Positions 39,973-49,263 of a DNA stretch of 64,000 nt are shown piece after piece. Below the pieces are notes generated by a model, which saw only the letters and a list, made by a program, of their open reading frames with translations, made no database searches and had not been told where the DNA came from. The stretch covers positions 124,001 to 188,000 of the IMG/VR virus record IMGVR_UViG_3300023174_000033; one strand, given 5' to 3'. The translations under genes were made by a program, and so were the position numbers. The number at the start of each line of letters is the position of its first letter. Within the stretch, counting starts at the first letter, position 1.

Positions 39973-40821
39973 ATGTTTAACACACTTACTTACCATGCTC
40001 TCGTACAAAAGATGCGAGACTTTTTTTTGCAAAAAGGATTCTATGAAGTCCCCACGCAATCAAGACTGTCAATACTAGCAGCTTGTGAAAATCCTCACTC
40101 AATAACCACCTACAATTACCAAGGACTGGTTTGGCCACTTCCTCAAACGGGGCAAATGTGGTTAGAGTATGAATTACTCAAAAATCCAGAATGGCCAGGA
40201 TGTTTCTGTATTTCTACATCTTATAGACAAGAGAAAGATCCAATTCCTGGAAGACACGAACTAATTTTCCCAATGTTTGAATTTGAGTCTAAAGGAGGCA
40301 TTGAGGAAATGAAAAAACTTGAATCGGAACTACTTGAACATCTAGGATTCTCAAAACCTGTTGAAGTAAAGTATGACGATGTTTGTGAGGAGTATGGTGG
40401 AGTCCAAATCCTTGAGAACGAACACGAACAAAAAATGTGGAATGAAAAGGGTTCTGTAGTTTCTCTACAATATTTTCCAAGAAGAACAAACCCATTCTGG
40501 AATATGAAGAATAAAGATGGGCAAATTTTCAATAAAATTGATGTTATTCTCTATGGTCAAGAAACTATTGGTTCTGCTGAAAGAAGTTGTGACATTGAAA
40601 AAATGAGAGAAATGTTCTATACTATTGAAGATGGAAAATATTCAGATAAACTTTTTGAACTATTCGGTAAAGAAAGAGTTGAAAATGAATTAGAAGAATT
40701 TTTCAAACATGATTTCTTTCCAAGATTTGGAGGAGGAATTGGAATGACTAGATTAGCAAGGGCTTACGAATTGTTACAAAAAGAAAAGGTCACCACTCAA
40801 ATAGAAGAAAATGTTTATTGA
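39973..40821 (+). CDS. Class IIb (Asp/Asn/Lys) aminoacyl-tRNA synthetase paralogue, catalytic domain only
   Basis: Motif 1 MRDFFLQKGFYEVPT, motif 2 SYRQE...RH...FPMFEFE, ETIGSAER, motif 3 GGGIGMTRL; no anticodon-binding domain; probable start at ATG 39973. Confidence 0.82.
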   Translation: MFNTLTYHALVQKMRDFFLQKGFYEVPTQSRLSILAACENPHSITTYNYQGLVWPLPQTGQMWLEYELLKNPEWPGCFCISTSYRQEKDPIPGRHELIFPMFEFESKGGIEEMKKLESELLEHLGFSKPVEVKYDDVCEEYGGVQILENEHEQKMWNEKGSVVSLQYFPRRTNPFWNMKNKDGQIFNKIDVILYGQETIGSAERSCDIEKMREMFYTIEDGKYSDKLFELFGKERVENELEEFFKHDFFPRFGGGIGMTRLARAYELLQKEKVTTQIEENVY

Positions 40822-41374
40822 GCCACTTATAACTCAAAAAAACGTAGGATGGATTGAAGTAATCTGCGGATCAATGTTCTCGGGTAAAACCGAGGAATTG
40901 ATCCGTAGATTAAATCGTGGTATTTTAGCTAAAAAAGAAATATATATCTTCAAACCAAAAATTGACGATAGATACGACGAAAAAAACATCGTATCTCACA
41001 ATAAAAAATCAATTAATTCTATTCCGATAGAAAGTCCAAACGAAATACTACAACACATAAAAGATGGTGGGATTATTGGAATTGACGAGGCACAGTTTTT
41101 TGATAATTCCCTAATAGATATAGTGGAGTATTTAGCTAATAAGGGATTTAGAATTATAATTGCTGGGTTGGATATGGATTACTTGGGAAAACCATTCGGA
41201 CCTATGCCACAATTACTTTCTATTGCGGAATTTGTTACCAAGGTTAACGCAATATGTATGAATTGTGGAGGAGTTGCGTCTCATACATACAGATTGGATT
41301 CCTCCGAAGAGCAGATTCTAATCGGATCGACTTCTAAATACGAAGCAAGATGTCGTAAGTGCTACTCACTCTAA
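40811..41374 (+). CDS. tdk: Thymidine kinase
   Basis: GSMFSGKTEEL, IDEAQF, AGLD, CMNC and CRKC zinc site. Confidence 0.95.
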   Translation: MFIEPLITQKNVGWIEVICGSMFSGKTEELIRRLNRGILAKKEIYIFKPKIDDRYDEKNIVSHNKKSINSIPIESPNEILQHIKDGGIIGIDEAQFFDNSLIDIVEYLANKGFRIIIAGLDMDYLGKPFGPMPQLLSIAEFVTKVNAICMNCGGVASHTYRLDSSEEQILIGSTSKYEARCRKCYSL

Positions 41375-41376
41375 AT

Positions 41377-43626
41377 TCAAGAATATTTAGTTTGCCCAGT
41401 TGGATAATTAGGTAAAGATAATCTCTGATTTGCATTATCAGCAAACACTAGATACTTTGAATCGTCTCTAACAATCGATTGATTCAATATTGTAGATTGT
41501 TGATTTTTAGGAATTATTTGAGTGAACATTCTCAAATTAGTAATCTTCATATCACAAGATTGTAATCTAAATTGTTCATTCTCAATTAACATATCCACTG
41601 GTGTATGAGGTAAAGATTTTGAATAAACTAATCTTAATTCAGTTGAATTTAATAAAGCTCCTCTGTTTTCATTATTAATATTTCGTTTATAAAGGAATTG
41701 ATCAACAGTCCTATTCCTTTGGTCAATATTGAGAATATAACCATACCAAGTTTCTTCTTCAATTCCAATCGCACCACCACTAGTAGCACCTAGAGTTAAG
41801 GGATACTCAACATTGTTTATTGTTGTGGTTATTTGATCATGTTTCAAACTAACTTTGAATCCTTGATTGGTGTTTTCGTCATAATAAGTTGATAGGTAAT
41901 AATTATCATTTACAGTGTAATTATTAATATTAAACCAACAAGTAAAGGATATATTATCAGACTTTGAGTAACTTGACTTGATCTTTCTATAAACGACAGC
42001 ATCACTTGTAAATGTAGCACCAAATAAACCAGTTGATAAATCATAATTTGTTCTACTGATAACATTTTCAGCATTTTCCACCAATTGTTTAATTATAGGA
42101 GCCCCGATAAATGTTCTCAAATCATCTCTAGTAAGAGGTTTGAATTGTTCTTTGTTAGCAACTGCTGCCTTGTCTTCTTGCTTTTCTTTTCCAAAGAGTT
42201 CATCAATAGTAGAGTTCTTTGTAAGAGATCTGACTTTGTCGGTAATTGTTTGATTCGCTCCAATAATGTTGGCCTTTTGAGTGTATTTCTTCAACATTAC
42301 CTTGTAATAGATGGCGTAATTATTGAAAGACCTAAACGGTTGAGCGTGTTCAACAGTGAACATTCTGTTTATCTCTGCGAACCAAAGGAAGTCTTCTTTT
42401 GAAGGTCTCTTCTCTACTCCAAATGCTTTCTTGAAAATCTCTTTTGGTATATGGATTTCAAAACTATCAAATAGAGATAAATCAAATTGATTTATACTAC
42501 CATTGTTTTCAGGAAATTGATTATTCTCAACTGAAACTTTAACCAATGCCTCACACACATAGTTAAAAAGTTGGTATTCGTGAAACGTATAATCTGTTCC
42601 CTTTTTATCTGGGTCAGTGAGGAAATATACAACTTCATGTCCAAATATTTCATTTGAATCATTACTCAATTTATTTAAAAGTGTATTTACCTGATTTAAC
42701 TGGTATGGTTTGAACAACTGATTTTTCTGATCATCTGTTAAAGTTGGTAAAGTATTTGTTTGAATTTGTTGAGTAAGTAATTGTGATTGACCACCAGTAG
42801 GAAATTGATTAGCATTTGATGGGTCTCCAACAATATTTAATTTTAACGAGTTAGCATTTTCCCTAACACCAAAAAGATTTGTTTTTTTGTAATCTAAACT
42901 AACATTTTGAAAATCACCTATTAAATTAATATCATGAATTTTAGTATTTGATTCACCAAGATAAGTCAAAAGATATTCAATTTGGAAAAATCTGATGGGT
43001 GTGATTCTTGCTGTTGAAATATTTTCTTTATTTAGAAATTCCCAATCAGTGACAGTCCTCCCATAATCTTGTGAGTATCTATACTTAATTGTAACATCAT
43101 TAATATCACCAGTATAAAGAATTTCAACATCTTCAATTTTAAATACTTTGTAAATATAAGGTGGTTTTAGAATAACTTCTGAATTATTTTCTGTTAGTTG
43201 TATGGTCTTGTCACCAGTTTCAATAACACGTTCTAAATCCCCCAGTAATTTGTATTCTAATAGTTTCAACACCCCAATGTCGGAAGTGCCCTTTCTAACA
43301 AATCTTAAGTCTAAATGTAAGTTATCGGTAGTATTGAATGGTGGGAAGTTAATTATGTTTGATGGTAAGTTACACCATTCTGTCCAAGATAAACCATTTC
43401 GGCTTATTCTGAACTCTGCATTGAGATACCTTGTATCTGTTTTACCAGTATAGTCAAAGGTGAATGTTTTGAATTTTTCAACACCATAGACCTCCGCAAA
43501 ACTTACACTATATTCTTGACCCGAGTAAGAAAAGGTTGGAGCAGCATTTGGACCAGTTGCACTTATTGGAAAAGAATCAGATATTGTAATAACACCATTT
43601 GAACTATCTTTAATTATTTGTGGCAT
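41377..43626 (-). CDS. T4 gp14-like neck/head-completion protein with N-terminal extension and C-terminal LamG-like domain
   Basis: FGHEVVYF...FEIHIPKEIF...RPSKEDFLWF...MFTVEH resembles gp14; ISFTCWFN...TWYGY...ITNLRMF resembles LamG; start revised to 43626, 5 nt after AATATATA. Confidence 0.55.
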   Translation of the reverse strand: MPQIIKDSSNGVITISDSFPISATGPNAAPTFSYSGQEYSVSFAEVYGVEKFKTFTFDYTGKTDTRYLNAEFRISRNGLSWTEWCNLPSNIINFPPFNTTDNLHLDLRFVRKGTSDIGVLKLLEYKLLGDLERVIETGDKTIQLTENNSEVILKPPYIYKVFKIEDVEILYTGDINDVTIKYRYSQDYGRTVTDWEFLNKENISTARITPIRFFQIEYLLTYLGESNTKIHDINLIGDFQNVSLDYKKTNLFGVRENANSLKLNIVGDPSNANQFPTGGQSQLLTQQIQTNTLPTLTDDQKNQLFKPYQLNQVNTLLNKLSNDSNEIFGHEVVYFLTDPDKKGTDYTFHEYQLFNYVCEALVKVSVENNQFPENNGSINQFDLSLFDSFEIHIPKEIFKKAFGVEKRPSKEDFLWFAEINRMFTVEHAQPFRSFNNYAIYYKVMLKKYTQKANIIGANQTITDKVRSLTKNSTIDELFGKEKQEDKAAVANKEQFKPLTRDDLRTFIGAPIIKQLVENAENVISRTNYDLSTGLFGATFTSDAVVYRKIKSSYSKSDNISFTCWFNINNYTVNDNYYLSTYYDENTNQGFKVSLKHDQITTTINNVEYPLTLGATSGGAIGIEEETWYGYILNIDQRNRTVDQFLYKRNINNENRGALLNSTELRLVYSKSLPHTPVDMLIENEQFRLQSCDMKITNLRMFTQIIPKNQQSTILNQSIVRDDSKYLVFADNANQRLSLPNYPTGQTKYS

Positions 43627-43649
43627 AATTATATATATTTTATATTTTT

Positions 43650-43681
43650 TTTGGCAATCCAAGATATTTGTAGTAATTTTG
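43650..43681 (+). promoter_or_regulatory. Bacteroidota-type primary-sigma promoter
   Basis: TTTG(43650)-N20-TAATTTTG(43674-43681). Confidence 0.7.
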
Positions 43682-43711
43682 TATATGGTAAATTATAACC
43701 AAAATACAAAT

Positions 43712-44824
43712 ATGGAAATAAAAGAAAAATTTATTGAATTAACAAATAGAACCTATCCACACGGTACGGAACAAGACCTATTTCATTTGCTACCCGAAAA
43801 TCTAGAAACCGATGAATTCGGAAATAAATTCATCATTATTGGAGAAAATCCAACTACTTTATTCACTTGCCATCTTGATACCGCCTCTTCTACTGTTACT
43901 GATGTAGTGCATAAGTTTGATGGAGATTTTATTAAAACAAATGGTTCATCAATTCTTGGAGCTGATGATAAGGCTGGATGTGTGATTTTGCTAAAAATGA
44001 TTGAAAACGGAATTAAAGGAATTTATTACTTTTTTCTTGGTGAGGAAAGGGGGTGTATAGGTTCTAGGAAACTTGCTAACAAACATAAGACCAATCCACT
44101 TCCACATATTACAAAAGTAGTATCATTTGACAGAAGGGGAACTGATTCGGTAATCACACATCAACTTGGTGGTAGGTGTTGTTCTGATGAATTTGGGGAT
44201 GCGCTCTCACATCAGTTAAACATTAATGGTAGAGATTTTAAATACTCTACTGACCCTACTGGAATTTATACCGATTCAGCTCAATTTATAGATATATACC
44301 CAGAGTGTACAAATATATCCGTTGGATATTACGATGAACACACAACTCACGAAAGACAGAATATTGATCACCTGAAAAGACTTTCAGAATCAGTACTAAA
44401 GGTTAATTGGGAAAAACTTCCAATAAAAAGAAATCCTAAAATAAATGATTTTTATGAAGAAGAGGATTATGGTTACTTTGGGGGATATACCTATGATACA
44501 AAACCAACTAGTTCGTTTAAAAAGAAAACTGTGTACTTTATAGATCCTATTTACAATTACAGGTCATCAGTTACCTTTAGTAGTTATAGTAATAAAATAT
44601 CGGAAATGGAATTATCTCCTGATAGACTTCAACAAGAGGAGGATAGAATACACGACTTGTTTAGATCGTTTAATATAGAATTTGAAAGTTTCAGATGGGA
44701 TGGTGCTTGTTTGTATATTACATATAACGAAACGCACACTTCAACAATGTATAGACAAGAACTTGCTGAATATATTGGTGGTTTTGATTTTTGGAAATCA
44801 GAATGTGATTATGATGATTTCTGA
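43712..44824 (+). CDS. M28/M20-type metallopeptidase-like protein (paralogue of 56185-57360)
   Basis: CHLDT, LGADDKAG, EERGCIGS, SFDRRG, TNISVGYYDEH; start taken from alignment with the paralogue. Confidence 0.82.
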   Translation: MEIKEKFIELTNRTYPHGTEQDLFHLLPENLETDEFGNKFIIIGENPTTLFTCHLDTASSTVTDVVHKFDGDFIKTNGSSILGADDKAGCVILLKMIENGIKGIYYFFLGEERGCIGSRKLANKHKTNPLPHITKVVSFDRRGTDSVITHQLGGRCCSDEFGDALSHQLNINGRDFKYSTDPTGIYTDSAQFIDIYPECTNISVGYYDEHTTHERQNIDHLKRLSESVLKVNWEKLPIKRNPKINDFYEEEDYGYFGGYTYDTKPTSSFKKKTVYFIDPIYNYRSSVTFSSYSNKISEMELSPDRLQQEEDRIHDLFRSFNIEFESFRWDGACLYITYNETHTSTMYRQELAEYIGGFDFWKSECDYDDF

Positions 44825-45621
44825 TTTAAGTAGTCAATAATTGCATTATTGGATTGGACATAACTATAGTCTAACCTTAATGTTCTCCAATTAAAATTGT
44901 AAATTGGGAAACTTGGATTTAACTCTCTTGAAAGTATCCTTTTATAAATAATACAATTTAAAATATCTTGTTCCTGACAACCCCTCAATTTTGATTCAGG
45001 ATGGGGGTTGGAGTTCGGAGATACTTTAAGGAGATCTTTATTTTTACAAAGTTCTTTCCATTCCTTAACTAATTCTCTTGATTTTAAAGAATTACGAAAC
45101 ACCATTTGACCACAATTCATCAAAAATGAATCCTTCACAACATTTTGTTCAATTTCATTTTCAATTAAATAATCAACCGTGTAGTTTTTAACAAAATTTT
45201 TCACGTAACAACCATTAAGTTCAAACCTTAACCAGTAATCGGATTGATTATCATCCATCAGCTTTATCAATAATTTTTCCAAATTATTCCAATCTGTTTG
45301 CCAATAACTAGGATACTTATTGAAATTTATATCATGCCATAAGACTATACTACCTTCAGGTACAATTGATAAAACATAATCAATTAAAAATGGTTTAAAG
45401 TCAAAATAACCTAGTTTATTCCCGTTTTTAAAATCAGTTTCTTCCTCCCATTCATTGCATACCCAATCACTATCTGGTAATTCTTTTATTGTTCTCTTAT
45501 TAAAAATAAACATATCTTCAAAATATGAAGAGATACTTTTATCTACTTCACGTTTTATTTGACGTAAATCATAGCACCCATCAACGTCAGGGCCTTCTGT
45601 GTAAAATGATAGAAAATACAT
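44809..45621 (-). CDS. Putative glycosyltransferase-like protein
   Basis: GYFDFKPFLI...LWHDIN...NCGQMVF...QEQDILN pattern typical of GT-A-like viral proteins. Confidence 0.45.
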   Translation of the reverse strand: MYFLSFYTEGPDVDGCYDLRQIKREVDKSISSYFEDMFIFNKRTIKELPDSDWVCNEWEEETDFKNGNKLGYFDFKPFLIDYVLSIVPEGSIVLWHDINFNKYPSYWQTDWNNLEKLLIKLMDDNQSDYWLRFELNGCYVKNFVKNYTVDYLIENEIEQNVVKDSFLMNCGQMVFRNSLKSRELVKEWKELCKNKDLLKVSPNSNPHPESKLRGCQEQDILNCIIYKRILSRELNPSFPIYNFNWRTLRLDYSYVQSNNAIIDYLNQKSS

Positions 45622-45768
45622 AACTTAAATTATATATTTTAAAGTAAAATAAAGTCCAAAAAATATTATAGAGTATATGTATCATGATCTTGCATGTTTT
45701 GCGTTTTTTTTCACCTCCAAAACTTACAAATCCAAGAACATATAATAATAAAACAAAGTGTGTACACT

Positions 45769-47184
45769 ATGCTGACAAACGAAAATCAACCAAATAATGA
45801 ATTGATACAAGAGGAGACTAATTACCCAAAGGTATCCAATTCGCTTCAAGACGACGATGATGAAGCTGATAAATTTAAATCTGCAAAAAAACCAACCGAT
45901 CCCAAGTCCAAAACACCGGTACTTGATACATTTAGCAGAGATTTAACCAAGTTAGCGGAAGAATCAAAGATTGACCCAATTATTGGTAGAGAAAAAGAAA
46001 TTGAAAGGGTAAGTCAGATTCTCGCCAGAAGAAAAAAGAACAATCCAATACTTATTGGTGAACCTGGTGTAGGTAAGTCCGCCATAGCGGAGGGACTAGC
46101 ATTGAGAATAGTTCAAAGAAAAGTATCAAGAGTTCTCTTCAATAAAAGAATTGTTACCTTGGATTTAGGTTCAATGGTTGCTGGTACAAAGTACAGAGGT
46201 CAATTTGAAGAGAGAATAAAAGCTGTAATGCAGGAGGTTGAAAAAGACCCAAATATAATTCTTTTTATTGATGAAATTCACACTATTATAGGCGCTGGTG
46301 GATCTAGTGGATCACTTGACGCTTCAAATATGTTTAAACCGGCCTTGGCACGTGGTGAAATTCAACTTATTGGAGCTACAACCCTTGATGAATTCCGCAA
46401 ACATATTGAAAAGGATGGTGCTCTTGAGAGAAGATTTCAGAAGGTTGTGGTTGAACCAGCTTCACCAGAAGAGACTCTATTAATCCTACATAATATTAAG
46501 GATAAATATGAAAGTCACCATAATGTTAATTACACCGATGAAGCTATTAAAGCTTGTGTGGACTTAACTACCAGGTTTATGACTGATCGTTTTTTGCCTG
46601 ATAAAGCTTTAGACGCACTAGATGAAGCTGGATCTAGGGTTAATATTTTTAATATTGAAGTTCCAAAGGAAATTACCGATATTGAAAATAAAATACTTGA
46701 AGTTAAAGAGAAAAAAACAATTGTAGTTCGTAATCAAAGGTATGAGGAAGCAGCTCAATTACGCGATGTTGAAAAACAACTGCAACAAAATCTTGAAGAT
46801 TCAAGAAAGAAATGGGATGAAGATCAGAAAAATTCAAGAAAGACAGTTGACGAGGATAGTGTTGCTGATGTAGTTAGTATGATGACTGGCATTCCTATGA
46901 GGAAAGTTTCTCAAAAAGAGAATGAAAAACTATCTTCATTAGCATCAATAATTACGTCAAATGTAATTGGACAAGATGACGCTGTTCAGAAGGTAGTGAA
47001 GTCAATTCAAAGAGGTAGGGTAGGTCTGAAAGATCCAAATCGTCCAATCGGGTCTTTTTTGTTCTTGGGACCAACAGGTGTTGGAAAATGCGTTACAAAA
47101 GATACAAGTATAACCCTTCGTAATAAAAAGACAGGTGAAATATATACTTGCACGATATTTGATTTATTGCAACAAATATCCTAA
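45769..47184 (+). CDS. clpC: ClpC/ClpB-family AAA+ unfoldase, N-terminal fragment (no N-domain, ends in a split-intein N part)
   Basis: DPIIGRE, GEPGVGKS, FIDEIH, LERRF, RFLPDKA, UVR middle domain, VIGQ, FLFLGPTGVGK, then intein-like sequence and stop. Confidence 0.92.
   Translation: MLTNENQPNNELIQEETNYPKVSNSLQDDDDEADKFKSAKKPTDPKSKTPVLDTFSRDLTKLAEESKIDPIIGREKEIERVSQILARRKKNNPILIGEPGVGKSAIAEGLALRIVQRKVSRVLFNKRIVTLDLGSMVAGTKYRGQFEERIKAVMQEVEKDPNIILFIDEIHTIIGAGGSSGSLDASNMFKPALARGEIQLIGATTLDEFRKHIEKDGALERRFQKVVVEPASPEETLLILHNIKDKYESHHNVNYTDEAIKACVDLTTRFMTDRFLPDKALDALDEAGSRVNIFNIEVPKEITDIENKILEVKEKKTIVVRNQRYEEAAQLRDVEKQLQQNLEDSRKKWDEDQKNSRKTVDEDSVADVVSMMTGIPMRKVSQKENEKLSSLASIITSNVIGQDDAVQKVVKSIQRGRVGLKDPNRPIGSFLFLGPTGVGKCVTKDTSITLRNKKTGEIYTCTIFDLLQQIS
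47089..47181 (+). mobile_element. Atypically split intein, short N-fragment (31 aa)
   Basis: CVTKDTSITLRNKKTGEIYTCTIFDLLQQIS* directly after Walker A GK: block A C-x3-DT-x-I plus the TIxDL helix. Confidence 0.85.
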
Positions 47185-47201
47185 AAAAATATTTAAATAA
47201 T

Positions 47202-47435
47202 ATGGAAACAAATACTGAAGAAAAAGAAGTTAAAGTTTACAGTCCTCTATGGGAAAACTACTTGGAGAAATTAAACGATTTAGGATTGGAAGAAAAAACA
47301 AAATGGATGAAAATTGTTGATCCTCTGGTAGAATTACCTTTTGTAACAAAAAATTATTTTCCACTGGCAGAACGTGAATTTTTGGAAAAATTAGAAAGTG
47401 ATGAATCTTTCAAAGAAAAATGGGGTCAGATCTGA
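47202..47435 (+). CDS. Hypothetical protein
   Basis: 77-aa acidic ORF after clpC-N. Confidence 0.55.
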   Translation: METNTEEKEVKVYSPLWENYLEKLNDLGLEEKTKWMKIVDPLVELPFVTKNYFPLAEREFLEKLESDESFKEKWGQI

Positions 47436-47449
47436 CCCCATTTTTCTTT
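47412..47449. terminator. Perfect 38-bp palindrome, bidirectional terminator
   Basis: AAAGAAAAATGGGGTCAGA|TCTGACCCCATTTTTCTTT between convergent genes. Confidence 0.82.
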
Positions 47450-48563
47450 ATCCTAATCTATCAATTGAATATTGTAAGTTCTGTTGGACTCTAGGTATGT
47501 AATGAGTTGGTAGTCTGTTTTCATTTAATAATTTCTCACAAGCTGATTTTGAATCCAAATAATTTTTTGACCAAAATGAAACTATTGAGAACTCATCTAA
47601 AACACCGTAATTATACATCCACGATTCTATGAACAGAGAGTCCCTAGGAATTTGAATAGTTATAGCTTGCTTACCAATCATGTAACCTTGATGATGAAGA
47701 GCATTTATCCTACAAGTGTATAAGGCCCCATATAGACATTCTACTCTGTAAGGTATCAACTCATTTCCCCGCAGAAAAGTTTGTATTACATCTTCCTTTG
47801 TATATCCCAAATCTCTCATCATATTAGCTGCATTGAATAAACTAACATATTGTTCCTCATTCCAATATCCCATGTCTGCTCTTTTTAGATAACATTCAAG
47901 GGATTTTTCAATATTACCAGAATCTCTGTAAGACTGAGCTAGATAGAACATATATCTTGATGATATCCAATTTCCCTTTTCTTCTTTTGAGATAGCATCT
48001 TCTAGCAGTTCTATATCACGTAGAAATTTATTACCACTGCGGTTTCTATTACTATCTTGAATTGGGTTATTTTTTATGCCTTCTAAAAAGCCACGACTCC
48101 CACCAATTGACAAATCTAAAAATTCGTGAACAACTCCAACGTATCTGAAGGGTTTTTTATTTGAGGTTAATTGAGGTCTATTATACAAGTGACTACCCAT
48201 AACTGTTTGAATGTCATAGTAATCAAGATCTAATTGATTTTTGAAATCTTCAACACTAAACCCTTCAGAATAAGTCAAGATTTCGTCAGCATCAATCATT
48301 AATGCGTAATCAATCCATTCTTTATCTCTTAATTTCTCTAAAGCAAAAGATCTATTGTAAGCAAAGTTCTGCCAAGGTTCTGAAATTATCTCACCTTTGA
48401 TATTATTGTTTTCTAACCATGATTCAATTGTTTTAATAGTATTATCTGATGAACCAGTATCAACTATTTGAACCCAATCAATTATGGGTTTTACGGAATT
48501 TAAACATCTTTCAATAACGTGAGATTCATCTTTTACGATTATACAGAATCCAATTTTTTTCAC
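47448..48563 (-). CDS. GT2 glycosyltransferase with TPR-like C-terminus
   Basis: CIIVKDES, VDTGSSD, IDADE, YVGVVHE, RYMFYLAQSYRD. Confidence 0.85.
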   Translation of the reverse strand: MKKIGFCIIVKDESHVIERCLNSVKPIIDWVQIVDTGSSDNTIKTIESWLENNNIKGEIISEPWQNFAYNRSFALEKLRDKEWIDYALMIDADEILTYSEGFSVEDFKNQLDLDYYDIQTVMGSHLYNRPQLTSNKKPFRYVGVVHEFLDLSIGGSRGFLEGIKNNPIQDSNRNRSGNKFLRDIELLEDAISKEEKGNWISSRYMFYLAQSYRDSGNIEKSLECYLKRADMGYWNEEQYVSLFNAANMMRDLGYTKEDVIQTFLRGNELIPYRVECLYGALYTCRINALHHQGYMIGKQAITIQIPRDSLFIESWMYNYGVLDEFSIVSFWSKNYLDSKSACEKLLNENRLPTHYIPRVQQNLQYSIDRLG

Positions 48564-48624
48564 AGGTTTGGTTTTACTTTTTATATTATTTTTAATTTTT
48601 AAGTTTTTGTGTTATATTTGTCAT

Positions 48625-49263
48625 GTGAAATTTGATAACTATAGATACATCTATCCACCAAGACCGAAGAATGCTATATCCCCAAGTGAATTAAATTTTT
48701 GGGATAATAAGTCTCTCATTGTGCAACCAAAGTTTAATGGATCAAATACTACGATTTATACTGATGGTAGGAAAATAATCACCATGAATAGACATGGGCA
48801 AAAACTTACAAATTTTAAGATCAAGGATAATGAAATTTTAAATCTGCACAAATCTGGTTTGGGTAAGTGGACCGTTATAAACGGTGAATATATGAATAAG
48901 GGAAAAGTTGATGAAAAAAAAATAAACTTTAATGATAAATTTATAATTTTTGATATTTTAGTTTTTAATTCAGAATATTTAGTTGGTGAAACTTTTGCTA
49001 ATAGGATTGAACTTTTAAACAATACTTTTCCAATATACAATATTGGTTCCTCAACTTACAGTTTGTTTTCTGAAAATATAGGAATTGTTAAAAGTTATGA
49101 AAGTGGATTTTCAAATCTCTTTGAAAATCTATCAAAAATTGATATGATTGAGGGGTTAGTTATGAAAAGAAAAACCGCAAAGTTGGAAATTGGAAATACT
49201 GAAACTAATAACACCAAGAGTCAATTGAAATGTCGGAAACCAACCAAGAATTATAAATATTGA
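48625..49263 (+). CDS. Minimal ATP-dependent polynucleotide ligase-like nucleotidyltransferase
   Basis: Motif I QPKFNG, motif III INGE, IIIa IFDI, IV EGLVMK, V KCR; GTG start 4 nt after TATATTTG (48613-48620). Confidence 0.75.
   Translation: MKFDNYRYIYPPRPKNAISPSELNFWDNKSLIVQPKFNGSNTTIYTDGRKIITMNRHGQKLTNFKIKDNEILNLHKSGLGKWTVINGEYMNKGKVDEKKINFNDKFIIFDILVFNSEYLVGETFANRIELLNNTFPIYNIGSSTYSLFSENIGIVKSYESGFSNLFENLSKIDMIEGLVMKRKTAKLEIGNTETNNTKSQLKCRKPTKNYKY

Noticed and set aside
37982-41374. DHS-like enzyme plus thymidine kinase as a putrescinyl-thymine DNA hypermodification pathway
   Set aside because: No dUMP hydroxymethylase, 5-hmdU kinase or amino-transferase family genes are visible in the window
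47202-47435. ORF after clpC-N as the intein C-fragment (METNT...VKVYSP loosely recalls atypical IntC starts)
   Set aside because: Only 77 aa, with no block B TxxH, no terminal HN-(T/S/C) and no ClpC C-extein
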